This document shows, piece by piece, positions 24,134 through 36,150 of a stretch of 64,000 nucleotides of DNA. Each line of letters opens with the position of its first letter. The stretch's first letter is position 1. The translations under genes were made by a program, and so were the position numbers. The stretch is from Blasia pusilla (taxonomy: Eukaryota). The notes beneath the pieces were generated by a model that ran no database searches, had not been told where the DNA came from, and was given only the letters and a program-made list of their open reading frames with translations. The stretch covers positions 30,566,001-30,630,000 of the forward strand of contig CM114271.1 in the NCBI GenBank assembly GCA_050084515.1. The letters are read 5' to 3'.

Positions 24134-25589
24134 CCTCGAGGTTTGGTACGCTCGGTTAGGGTTGCAGTTCCGTCTTCCTTTCCATTGTCCTCCGACGGAC
24201 GCACGGCCGGACGGGAAGAAATAGTTCGTGCTTTGCGGCTCCGGAGTTTGTTAGATGGACGTTTCTAATTAGGGAAAGGAAATCCATTTTATTCTCTAGT
24301 GATTTTTCATTCGCAAATATTTTTCTAAAAAAATGATAAAGGGACAAGAAATTTACTTTTTATACTGGGGTAGTAATAACTCTTTTGCTAGGGCAACTAG
24401 TGGGGGCAGCGCCATAAGTGGGTTGGGGTATTTTTTTTAAAATACGAAAATGTAAGTGTATACATACATAAAAAAGAAAATGTACTATTTGAGACTTCGC
24501 TTAGAAACTTGAATGGTACTTCGGCGTGGGGATTTTAGGGTTTAGGGTCGTGGCAGGCCACTATTTCGCTCACGATTTAATCTCCCTATGAACAGTTTCT
24601 TGGCTCCCAAATATATTGTATGCATGACACGGCTTTATGTACAAGCTAACTCTTACTTGGAGAACTATGGCTACCTATTTTGAAGGTAAGAAAGTGGAAA
24701 TTGCAATGGAGGATTACACAAGACTCTAAGACCTTTGGCAAGATCGAACATAGTGGGAGATTTAATCTAGAGACCCACAATATAAAAATATTTTTAAAAT
24801 AAAATTTTTGTTTACTCCTAAATACAAACCGAGAGACCAATTTTGTGGTTGTGTATAGTAGTCTTCAATCCAAGGAAGACACTACGTAGACCTTCAATAC
24901 AAACAATAAGATACAAAGTTGAATATACTATACTAATCCGCGAATGGTGATTGTTAGGTTAACACTGGTTGAATTTACATAATACGACATATAAAGTATG
25001 CTACAATACAAAGGTAATCAATACAACCCTTTATAATAATAGACACAAGTCCTGTTCTAGTGAAGCCTAGGGTTCCAATGTTTGATAGACCATAGATGAG
25101 TTGGCAAATAAGTAACGGCTGCCACAACGAGACTTCAATACAAATTCGCGCATCGTTGGCAAGTGACCGGAAACTTGAGTTCTATTAATCCACGTCACTT
25201 TAGGGATTCATTGGAGCACTCTCGTGTCTCTGCAGAAAAAAGATAGAGTTCTACACAATCCTATGGGAGAACACAATTTGAGGCCTTTTACGGTGGGGCC
25301 GTAAAAGAAAGAAAGTTCCAAATTTGTGTGAGGCATGATTGGTCCCATGCAAGGCAAGTGTTGTAAACTAGTAAAAACAAAAGCAAGAAAAATCAATAAC
25401 ATCGCAAGAAGGGGAAAAATGCAAAATTTAAATGGTGACACAAAAATCAAACAAGCGAGCAATGCAATCTTGAAACAAAATCGACGTGAACTTTAATGTT
25501 TGGTTAGAGGTGAATGGATGACGAGATGAATGGCCACCAACCACTTTGGCTTGACGTGTCAAGACGAATGCTTGTGCACATTGTAGTGC

Positions 25590-27380
25590 CATCAAAAGTA
25601 AGGATTAAGGAGAAAGTAAAGTGTATATTTTTCCCTTAAATAAGGTGGTACCAATCATATGATGGAGGATTTTCCATAGGAATGAGGAAAACTTAAGCAA
25701 AGGATTGAGTGGATTGCGAAAGATGATTTTTTTCACGTAATCAAGGATTTTCTTTCCCAAAATAAGGAAGTGGGATGAATGATTTTTAAAATGAAGAAGG
25801 GAAAGTGGGAACTACAGGGTTGGGTTTTAAAATAAAAAGTAGATTGCCAATTGATTTTTTTTTTTGAAATGAGGATGAGGGAATGGGAATGATGATTTTC
25901 CTTACAAAAATGAGAGAGGGAGTTTTTGGATTGTAGTGCATTGCAAGAACATATGAACTATTGGAAATTGGGATTGCACCATGTTGATTTTTTAACACAT
26001 CTAAAAAATATTGACATGTCTTTTCTCAAAATAAGAAAAAGATATTAATAAATAATTATACAAATTAGATTCTATCCATGCCATAACCCTTTGAAAATTT
26101 TTTTCTTGTGAAGATCGATATCCTAGAATCCTAGTAACAATTGAGCCAAACCCAAACTCAACGGAAGGGAATCCAAATCTAATGATGTGTGTAAGTAGGT
26201 TCTAGCCCTAGAGTGTGTTTGGAAGGTTGAAGTGTAGAAAGATAAGCCTCTCTGAACTGCCCCTCGAGAATTTGGCCCTCACCAAGCCCCCAAACACATC
26301 CTCCAACCTACACAAAATTTAACTGAATAACCAAGAATCTCCAAGAAATCTCCAAGGTGGTCCCAAGAAACTTGAAGAAAATCCCTCAAGTGCGACATAA
26401 ATACAAGAGTTAGTCATCAAAGAAGGCTAACATAACACTCTTGAACTCTATGAATCCTAACTACAAACATAATCTTCCTATTACGCCACACTCCATACTC
26501 TTGCTTGACTACAACTATTATGACGATTTTTGTTACTCGAGATAAGGCATGATGATTTATCAATATTTTAAACTCTAAAGTGGAGAAATGGAGAGTGGGA
26601 ATAAGAATGAAGGAAGAAGTAAAGTGCCTTTTTTTGGAAAATTATTTTTTCCTCCCAAATAAGGAAGTATGAATGTTTTGATGGAGGATTATTTATAGGA
26701 AAGGGGGGAACTTGAGCTAGGGTTTTAAATGAGTTGTTCATTGTTGAATAAATTGTGAAAATGTCTTTTAGTGGAGGAAGGAGGGCATGATGATTTAATA
26801 TTTTAATTTAAAAAAAATAGAGACATGGAGATTGAGAGTAAGGATTAAGGAAGAAGCAAAGTGCATATTTTTTCCTTCAGATAAGGTGGTAAAAATCGTA
26901 TGAAGGATGATTTTACATAGGAAAGAGGGAAGCTTATGGATTTAATTATGGAGAGTGGGAATAAGTTTGAAGGAAATGGATTTAATTTGATATTTTTTCC
27001 TTGTGACGTTGAATGGATTGCGATTGAATTTTTTTTTTCTCATAATCAATGAATTTTCTTTCTCAAAACAAGGAAAGGGGATGAAGAATTTTTAAAATGA
27101 AAAAGGGAACGAACTATAGGGTTGGGTTTTAAAATGAAAAGTGGATTTCCAATTGAATTTTTTTTTTGAAACGAAGGTGAGGGAATGGGAATGATCATTT
27201 TCCTTATGAAAATGAGAGAGGGCTTTTCTAGATTGTAGTGCATTGCAAGAACATATGGACTAATAGAAGTTGGGAGTGCACCCTCTTGATTTGTTAACAC
27301 ATCTAAAAACATTGACATGTCTTTCTCAAAATAAGAAAAGATGTTCGAAAGGAATAATACAAAATAGACTTTTTCTAATT
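25590..27380. repeat. Cluster of diverged AT-rich direct repeats (about 25590-26075, partial 26545-26800, 26830-27380)
   Basis: Shared blocks such as GTAAGGATTAAGG...AAAGTG.ATATTTTT and GATTGTAGTGCATTGCAAGAACATATG; the spurious ORFs at 25786 and 27046 are paralogous. Confidence 0.75.
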
Positions 27381-29163
27381 CCACCCAACATGGAGACCTT
27401 GAATTGACGACACAAACTTTTTCAATCTACATTGTTGAAGTATGAGCTTCCTTCCTAAGAATGGTATATGGGCCTTTACCTTCATTGGAGAAGGCTACCG
27501 ATCTCCTTACTAATGCTAAATGATTGATTTTCCGATCATGTGACTCTTGTTGTGTACATGTATTTCTTGGCTGATGAAGGCTTTGTGCACTTTTACCTCT
27601 TTTACTTACCATAGCACAACACCTCTACGTCTCCAACCAGTATATTTGGTAAGGTCCCAAATATAACACTATAATTAGAGGAAGAGGAAGGAGGAGGCCC
27701 TAACTAAGATTGGAAATTGGAAGACCTTACATGGAGAATGTCAATAAGTTCTACGACAATGTGAAATCTAGAGGATGTGCTGAAGTTTTCGGGAGAGGTG
27801 GGAGCACATGTTGTAGCTGTTTCGAGTCGAGGATTTCCATGCTCTTCCTCCAGTACGCCCATAATCTCATGCCGCTGCTGAATCAATATTTTTTAATCTT
27901 AGTATTAAGAGATGCAGACCGAAGTAAGGATTAAGGAGTATCTGTTGAAACCTTTGAAGGGCTAATGGGATGACCAAATGTAACATGGTGAATTTGCGAC
28001 AAGCTGTTGAGGGTGTGCTTCCGTACTCATGGTTGTAAAGAGGGTTGTGAGTATTTACGTGAGTATCTTTTGAGATTATCATACAGCATTCTGGTCGTAC
28101 TTGAAACGTCCTACTTTAGGTATGTTAAGGTATTTGCTAGTTTGTACTTTGAATGACTAAGAGTAACACGGTCGCAACCCTCACAACAATTCACCCCTAC
28201 AACATGGGGGATGGTACTTCGGGTGGATGAAAGGAAACCCAGGAACCTTGAGATGGGAGAATTGAGTGAAATTCTGGCTACTTCATATGACATAAATTAG
28301 CATGACAACCGCTGAACAGAGGAGTATTTTTCATCACCGTAGACCTATGTGCACATATTCCACACACGGAGCTTCATCCCCGACTCCCCATTTACAATTA
28401 CACGACAGACTAGGCCTACTCCATTAAATAAACTCTGGAAGCTTGAAAACTGTCGCCATTTATTTATGACCTATACAAACTGGCAAGCCCCCTCTCTTGT
28501 GGGTCCAGTTGCATATTCCACAACTGGACGTTTTCCTCATGCCCGGGCTGGTCTTGTTAGCCTTCTCTCACGTGGACAAATCCACAAATGATTCTGGACT
28601 TTTTCCTTGATACCTGCCTGGTCTTATCCCGGAGGCCTTTGCCACACTTCGGGTGTGGCAGAAATCAGAGAAGCATACCCTCTCCAATAGAGAGCTACAA
28701 GTTCACACCAAAATATTCACCATCTTTCTTTGGATGACTTTATGCTAAACCACTCTTGTTGTTAGGTCAATTTTGGGAGTCACGATGATGATGATTGCAT
28801 TCTATTGTGCAACTCTACACTTCACCTTTGCTCAAGAATACGGGTCTTAGGGTTTAGCTTTCTTAGATATACACAAGTAGACCTCATCAAATAATAGTTA
28901 CTCTTGCTACTCGCAAATGCTTGCCATGGTCTTCCTTTTCCCGGGACGAACAAGATAGGGAAGAAAATAGAGTTAAATCTTAAGTTTTGGAGACCGAGGC
29001 TTATTTTGCATTCACATACTAGGTTCAGCATTGTGGAGAAACAAAAAATTATGGGGTACTTCCAAAAGGTGGCCGAATATTTACATGGGCTACCCAGCGC
29101 AGCATTATTGGCTGACTTGTTGCTGAATCGACCCCAAACAGACTTCACGAGCAGAAACATGCA

Positions 29164-32100
29164 TCACATTGTGGAAAGCAACATGGGGTCTTCTGGTGTC
29201 AAGACAAACATCTGGCTGGTGTGAGGGTCCACGGTGGCCATGAGGAAATCCACAGAGTTTCCTTCCCAGTTTTCATGCTGCGCAGAAGCAATAGGACTTT
29301 CACGTCATGAAGAGCGCTTAAGAATCAGAAGTTCCACAAAAACTCTTTACAAGCAACAAACTCTTCCTGCGATGACAGAAGTAGAGGCTGATATAAACTT
29401 TGACTGATTTGATTACCTAGAGTTTGTAGCACAAAACCTATGTGCCGTATCTTAAAGTGGAAGGATTAGAATGTTAGCCAACAGCATGGAACAGTGAAAG
29501 ATGCAAGCTTATCATACCTTCCAAAGATCCCGAACCACCACAGGAACTCCCTCCAAGATACCAATGTCTGTCCATTGAGCACAAATGTTTGCCACTTTCT
29601 TACTCCGGTTCCAAAGTAGAAGCACTGTACGTCCTCCTGAGAGAGGTCCTGCCCAGACCTGGAAATTACAGATTAAGCTTTCAGATTTTAAAATTCCGAG
29701 TCACAAAGTTTCAGCATTTTCACGAGTATCTGTTGTGTTAGTACCTGTGTATCAATCCCCAACCACCACCACTTACTTCTGGTGGCTCTCCTCCCTTGAA
29801 CTCCAAGTGGATCTGGAGAACATCAATGTTCAAGCCTCAAACTCGAGTAAACAAAATCAAGGCAAAAAGGCCACTCTTAAGTATAGTCTAATTTGAAAGG
29901 GTGGAAGGTGAAATGGAGCTTTGAATGAATTTAATATGTAACCTTGCGAATACATAATATACATAGTTACATAACCTGGCGAGGTTAGCTATGCTGTTAA
30001 CAGCTTAATTTCCTCACAATATAAAGTAGTCATTTACAATGATTCTGGGTTCTTGAACATAATTACCCTGATTTACATCAATGACTTCTTTGTTTGAAAG
30101 TATGCTCAGCACATCTGGTGAAATGCTCCGCACGTCACATCCTATGAGCAATGGGGCCTGCAATCACCCACCAACTCACAATGAAAAACCCCGACGAATG
30201 TGAGGAAGAGGTGAACCAACCTGACATTCAAGCTGGCAAAAGACTTCAAAAACCATAGGATGGTGTTAAACATCCAAGATGTGTGATCCTAAACCCTACG
30301 ATACCTTCATCAGAGCCCACACACTGAAGTGTGACCGATATTCTTCCAGCGTCATGCCACCATTTCCAACTTCTAGCATATCTGGATCTGAACAAAGAAT
30401 AAAAACCCATACTCAACTTGATTTAGAACAAAAACCAGACGAGACCACACGTCAAATATATACTACACATAGTCACTCTAAAGGCTGTGCAGATGAAAGA
30501 TAAAATAAAACCATGGGCACTCATTCCAAAGATATTACAAAGAAAGTTTTCTATAGATGTGCAAGAAGATTTCCAACAGACTTGAAGGTGACAGCAATTT
30601 TCTTTCACATTACTTGCAGCATATTCATAGCCCATGTGCTTTGTACACCATAAAGGTAACTGAAAGTAGTGTGACGATACAGCTGTGAAGAAATTAGAGT
30701 GCACTGGTTTTGATTCTCACCATTCCATCCACCCGGCCCAGCATAATCCGCCCACTTGTTGTTCTCATCAGCAATGCTCGTCATGCTAAAATTCTGATAT
30801 CTCGTCAGTAACACATTCACAGAAAACGAAAAAGTATAACATGTTCCTGACCATTTCCTGATGGGTGCCTAATCTCGTTTGTGGTCACTAACACTAACAC
30901 TAACACTAACAAATGTCTCTTACCTGCTCCAGTTGTCAACAATGTCACTAGTTGTCCGCCAGCTGTTGCCGACTCTGTCCGCCCAGGTTGCTGGATCATC
31001 TTTACCCCTGCAATGAAGCCAATCTCTCAGACAAACTGCTCAGGAAATTCAACTCCAAATTGCATAGATATGGGGGATGCTTAGATTCTTCTCACCATTC
31101 ACACATGGAAAAGAAAATAGTGCGGCCACTGTTGTTCAAAGCATTACGCATAATCGGATACCTGTGAAACCAAGTACAAAAGCCAAAGAGAAGTTGTGTA
31201 TCAGACTTGATGAACAGAAAAACAACCACTTCCATCTTGACTAAGTTTGAAACTTGAGTTCTTAAGAGTATATCCCTTCACTCCATTCGAACAAATTGCT
31301 TTTTACTCCTCTGGGGAAAGAAAAGAAAGTGTCCCATCTCTAGCAATATATGTCCCAAAACCTAGTGAGCCAAAGACAAAATTTGCTTACCGAACCTCAG
31401 GCTTGGTCCTGTCAGTGAAACAGTTGTCATATTTCAGATAGTCCACCTCCTACAGCCCAACCCAAGTCAGCAAATTTGTAATCCCAACCCTGGTCACTGG
31501 TCAAACAGTAGGCCTTACAAAAAAGACACGGAAATTCTGGAAAACAATTAAACAAGACCTTTGAGGTTCCCTTCAAATATTTAGGACCTTCCTGACTTCT
31601 TGTTCATCTCAATCAGGTAACAATGACATGAATGATATTTAACCTCATAAGACATTCTATTGTCCTACAAGAGAATGTCTTATGAGGTTATGAATGTCTT
31701 CGAGCAAGCATGCTACATGACTGTTGTGACCTTCCAGCAAGTGATGTGCATTTCCATTGCCACCTTACCCATGAAGCAAAGGTCTTTGCATCTTCCCTCT
31801 CGTAGCCAAGAGATCCAGGCTGCTGTTCACATGTTAAGAACCTATTCAAGCAAATCAGGGCGGACTGAGAACGCATCTTGCACACTTACAGTAAAGTGTG
31901 CATACCAATCAAGACCTCAGGTTTTCTTACTTAGAAGATTACCACCGACTTCTCATATTAATGTGGTCAACTATTGCTAGAATCTATTGTGCTGAATTTC
32001 CTTAGGAATGAATAACAATTGGAATGATATCATGGATCTTAGCCCCTTCGCTGGCCAACTGTATCCCCACTTCCTAGAATGCGTAATAGTATTTGGGGCT

Positions 32101-34013
32101 GAAGGAAGGCTTCTAGAATCTGTTCACGTTTCCTGAGTAATCGATAATGTTTAATCCAATCACAAAACTTTGGTAATCTTGACTCAAAGTGGTAACAAAG
32201 TAAATGCTCACCCTGCATCGGAGTAGATGCCAAGTTTGAGACCTAAGCTGTGCACATGATCAGCAAGTGCTTTGATACCAGAAGGAAATGTTGTAGCCCT
32301 TGCTTGAAGGTTGCCCTGTCACCCACACCATTCACTCCTTTAATCCTCAAGGAATCTATCAATAGAGAGCAATTTGTAGATCAAGTGGAATTCAAGGCAT
32401 ATCTACTTATTTTGATCTTTTGAGTGGCCTTGGACTCAAATGCCTGTCACTTTTGACTATAGTAAGTAGCCCACCTCTTCATCTCGTTTTAGCTCAGCCC
32501 AGCAATCATCTGTGACAGTGAAATTTCAATCAGCGTCTGAGAGACTGCTTTTAGCTGGAGATACAAATAAAATAAGTTGACATGTCATCACCATCCTATT
32601 TCTATATCCAATGTGAGACTCACACTTTACACAATCCCTATTTGCTCTTGCATGAATTGTAGCCGCGGTACCTATGTTGACGTACTTGAAGCCAAGCGCA
32701 GCAAGACCAGTAGATACTAGAGCCGTAGCTGCACAACAGTAATCGTGATTTCAGAACGTCTTCTCTAAACGAGCAGCCTCGAGTAACAGACGTGGACTCT
32801 GACTAGGTACTTCATCAGAGACTTAAACCGCTCTGTATAACGCCGACGGTCTTTTCTACTCTCAAACCATGCTTTGATTTGGTACGATGAGGCGAAAAAA
32901 GATTCGAAAATTACTTGAGGGTGACAACTCCACATGATATAATTGGAAGATGCATAAACTTGGTGCAAAAGCAAGTGATCGGATCAACTCGAAACATACC
33001 CGTTTCAAAAATAACGGTCTCATTGATGTTACAACGGAAGTAATTCCAGCTATTCCATCTGTAACAGAAGAAGGGATATCATCAGACGGAATCATCTCAG
33101 CTTCTATGATACAGAGCACCAAGATTTAACCACTCAGTGTCCCACTCGACTTCAATTCCTGGTGCCCTCTCAACACGTTCAACTCTCCTCCGCAGTGTGG
33201 TAAAACAGAAAAGCAGACTACAGTCGTTCGAAATAAGAAAATCCCCAAAACAGGATATTCCTCTCTCCAACTTTGACAAGCCACCGACATTATTCCACCA
33301 GAACCTCTTGAGCTGAGCCAGAGCGATTAGGCGAATATCTATCTTATGTCGATATGCGCATAAACGTTTAGCAACGAACTAAAGGAACCAAGCTATTACC
33401 CGAGCAAGTGTGTGTATTAGAAGACCGAAATTCGAAGCTCAAGTTGTAACCACTAACTCCCTGAGCGTGTCTATTTAGGATAGTACAACATCTATGACAT
33501 CAAAGGAATTTAAAAAAAAAGAGCGAAAGGAATGGGGCAAAACGGTTGATTGCATTGAAAAGTTGAAATGTGAGCGAATAGTGGCCCAGTACAAGCTTCC
33601 ACCAGATTGAAAGGCCGCAACCAAACAAGGGCTTTAGGTAGAAATTCTTGACGGAAATTACAGTGCAATGAAGATCGATTCATGACAGTTCACTCTTTCA
33701 TGGTTTCAAAATTTCAGAAATGTGAGATTATGGACTATATCCTCCTCATTGTATACACTGCCTTGAAAGTGATAACGTACCCCATTGGAGGTGTGAGACC
33801 GAGTCCATTATTTAGTGCCAGTCTTCCATTCCCACCATTCCCACCATCCGTACTACTGGCCCAACTTCTCTTCAGAAAGCTATCGGCATCTCGAATCAAT
33901 CTCGCGACACTAGAATCTTTCCGAGCCGCCACCAATCTGAGCCCTGGACTTCCACTCCAAGTGACACCAACGATCAGAAGAACCAAGGCACACGTTACCT
34001 TCAGACTACCCAT
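29164..34013 (-). CDS. AGAL: Alpha-galactosidase (glycoside hydrolase family 27, melibiase), 15 exons, 443 aa, with N-terminal signal peptide
   Basis: Exons: 34013-33781, 33058-33000, 32728-32672, 32509-32475, 32315-32212, 31841-31769, 31449-31391, 31161-31096, 31007-30924, 30785-30721, 30387-30305, 30157-30067, 29812-29745, 29658-29518, 29277-29164. All introns are GT-AG and the total is 1332 nt in frame. Motifs: [30 protein letters not shown] (nucleophile), WRTTSDI (acid/base), [11 protein letters not shown]. Confidence 0.96.
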
Positions 34014-35099
34014 CTTTACCCGACGGTGCACACTGCCGCTTCTACTCCACTCCTCCAAGAACGCAGAAACAATCCCAAATCTCTCAGCTCTGGCCGCTGC
34101 GCGCAAAGTGGCCAAACTCCCGGCAGTTCATAACTTTTTCAAATTTGGCCCATCCCATCACCAGCAGCTTCCCCTTTCCGCTCATACGAAAGCTCATTGG
34201 CTTCAGGGCAAGTCAGACATGAACTCGTATGTCGAAACGGTACGGCCTTACTTCAGCCAGTGAAGCCAAGCGATGGACTTACAACGCACGCTCTTCATAA
34301 CAGCAATTCTTAACCGACTCACTCAATCATCGCCACCTCGCTCACATCCGTTCAATTACTCGATCCACTAAAATCCAACCACTTTCTGTCTTGTCACTAC
34401 TCACTACGTTGCTGATAGACACACGCACCGACAGCATGACTCTTGTCACTCACTCCCTCGTCCACTCCAGCCTTTCATGAAGGTAGTGGAATTGCTGCGG
34501 TGGCCACTGCACTACGGCAACTCCAGCCTGCCCTGCGACGCCCGCGTGCGCTCGCTTATCCGTTCCCATCGTCCCAAGTTTCCGGGCGTCTCTTTGGGTG
34601 TTTGCGTATGTTGGTTTCCCAGCAATGCGTCAGCAGATTGGCTAACTCGACGACTGTTGTATGAATACGGAGTGTCCAAGAGTCCAACGCCCGCTTACAA
34701 CTGGGGTTAAACGTATAAACCTGGCCGGCAAAATTCTGAACTTTCTGACGACGGGAGGTAGAAGACGGCTGAGATGCCGACGAGTGCGGGGGTGTTCCCG
34801 GCGAAGTGGGGGTCAGAAGCCGGCTAATTGTTATTTCTCGGCAAATAAATGACGGGAAGTTTAGGTTTCGGGTAGTAGTTGCCGGTTTCTAGGGTCCCTG
34901 CAGTTTCCGATCCCCGGTATATGGGTAGTTTTTTTTGTTTCTGGGTGTCGGGAAACTAGATCCCGGGAAGGTGTTAGTAGTGCTACGTGGATGTGTGTGA
35001 AGCGTTCGGGAAGAATGTAATGCCACTCTTCCGAGCACTTCTCGGTCGCTCCTTTCTCCATTATTGGAATTCAGATTGGAGTCTCTTCTCTTGATTTAA

Positions 35100-35250
35100 A
35101 GTGGGTTAGGATTGATAATGGCATTACATCTTAATTTTTAGAGTGTATTTAGAATGGGTTAGGATTGATAATGACATTTTCATTTTTAGAGTGTATTTAG
35201 AGTGGGTTAGGATTGATAATGACATGACATTTTCATTTTTAAAGTGTATT
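35100..35250. repeat. About 50-bp tandem repeat (3 copies)
   Basis: TGGGTTAGGATTGATAATG occurs three times. Confidence 0.85.
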
Positions 35251-35973
35251 GACTCAAACCTCATGTAGGCAAGGAGGCAAGGCAGGAGATAACATAAGGA
35301 TAGCTGCAAGTTTAGGAAATTTGTCGTGCGCATACACATCGCTACACAACCCACATCGCTGGTCACATCTACACACCACACAACACTGATCTTCCCAACA
35401 CACGGATCGATCCATCCATAAACCAAACACTCACACATATACATCGAAACCCCACAACAAAAATAAGAGTAAAAACGGCACACCCGGCCTAAAACTCCAC
35501 TCCTCAATCTACATCGGCATATCGAACCTCTTCCATCCTGCGCTATCAAGGAATTCGTACGCTAGCACCCTGGTCCTATCTCACACACGAACAAGAGAGG
35601 TGCTCCAACGGCCCAACGTGAGAAAGATGGCTTGAGAAAGCCATCTTCCTCCCTTATATAGATGTAGGAAGAGCCAAAAGGCTCTTCCCCTAAAAATAGC
35701 CACCCCCTGATAAACTTTACGCACAGGTCATCAAGGGCGGATGACCTGCTGAACAAGTCATTCGGCTGTGAAAGACCCCAACAAGAAAGTCGTCAGAAAC
35801 GACGTTTTTTGACATAACGGACCTATCCTCAACCTCATCCGACACCTCGAGATGAAGTTACACTCAAAACAGTCCGATGGCTCTCTATGCCGTCACCACG
35901 ATAGATCTCTACCTATCGGCTACTAAGATGTGATAGCTTTCGTGCGCATACACATCGCTACACAACCCACATC

Positions 35974-36150
35974 TTAGTAGCCATAGTTCTCTAGGTGTTG
36001 CTGATATTGTCTCTACTGTTGGTGATTTTGGTCGTTAGGGGGGGGAGGCCCCTTTCTGTCTCTTCGGGGCCGATTTTGGCTCTCTATGCCCCCCTCGTTT
36101 GTATCTTGATGGGTTTCCCATCCAATTTTCTATTCAAGTTTTATATTCTT
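35974..36150 (+). mobile_element. 177-bp 3'-end fragment of the RLE-type non-LTR element, flanked by a 62-bp direct duplication
   Basis: Matches the reverse complement of about 18915-19100. Flanks 35912-35973 and 36151-36212 are the same 62-mer with two mismatches. Confidence 0.8.

Noticed and set aside
33682-34263. 193-aa plus-strand ORF
   Set aside because: Antisense shadow of alpha-galactosidase exon 1 and its 5' UTR; no recognisable motif.
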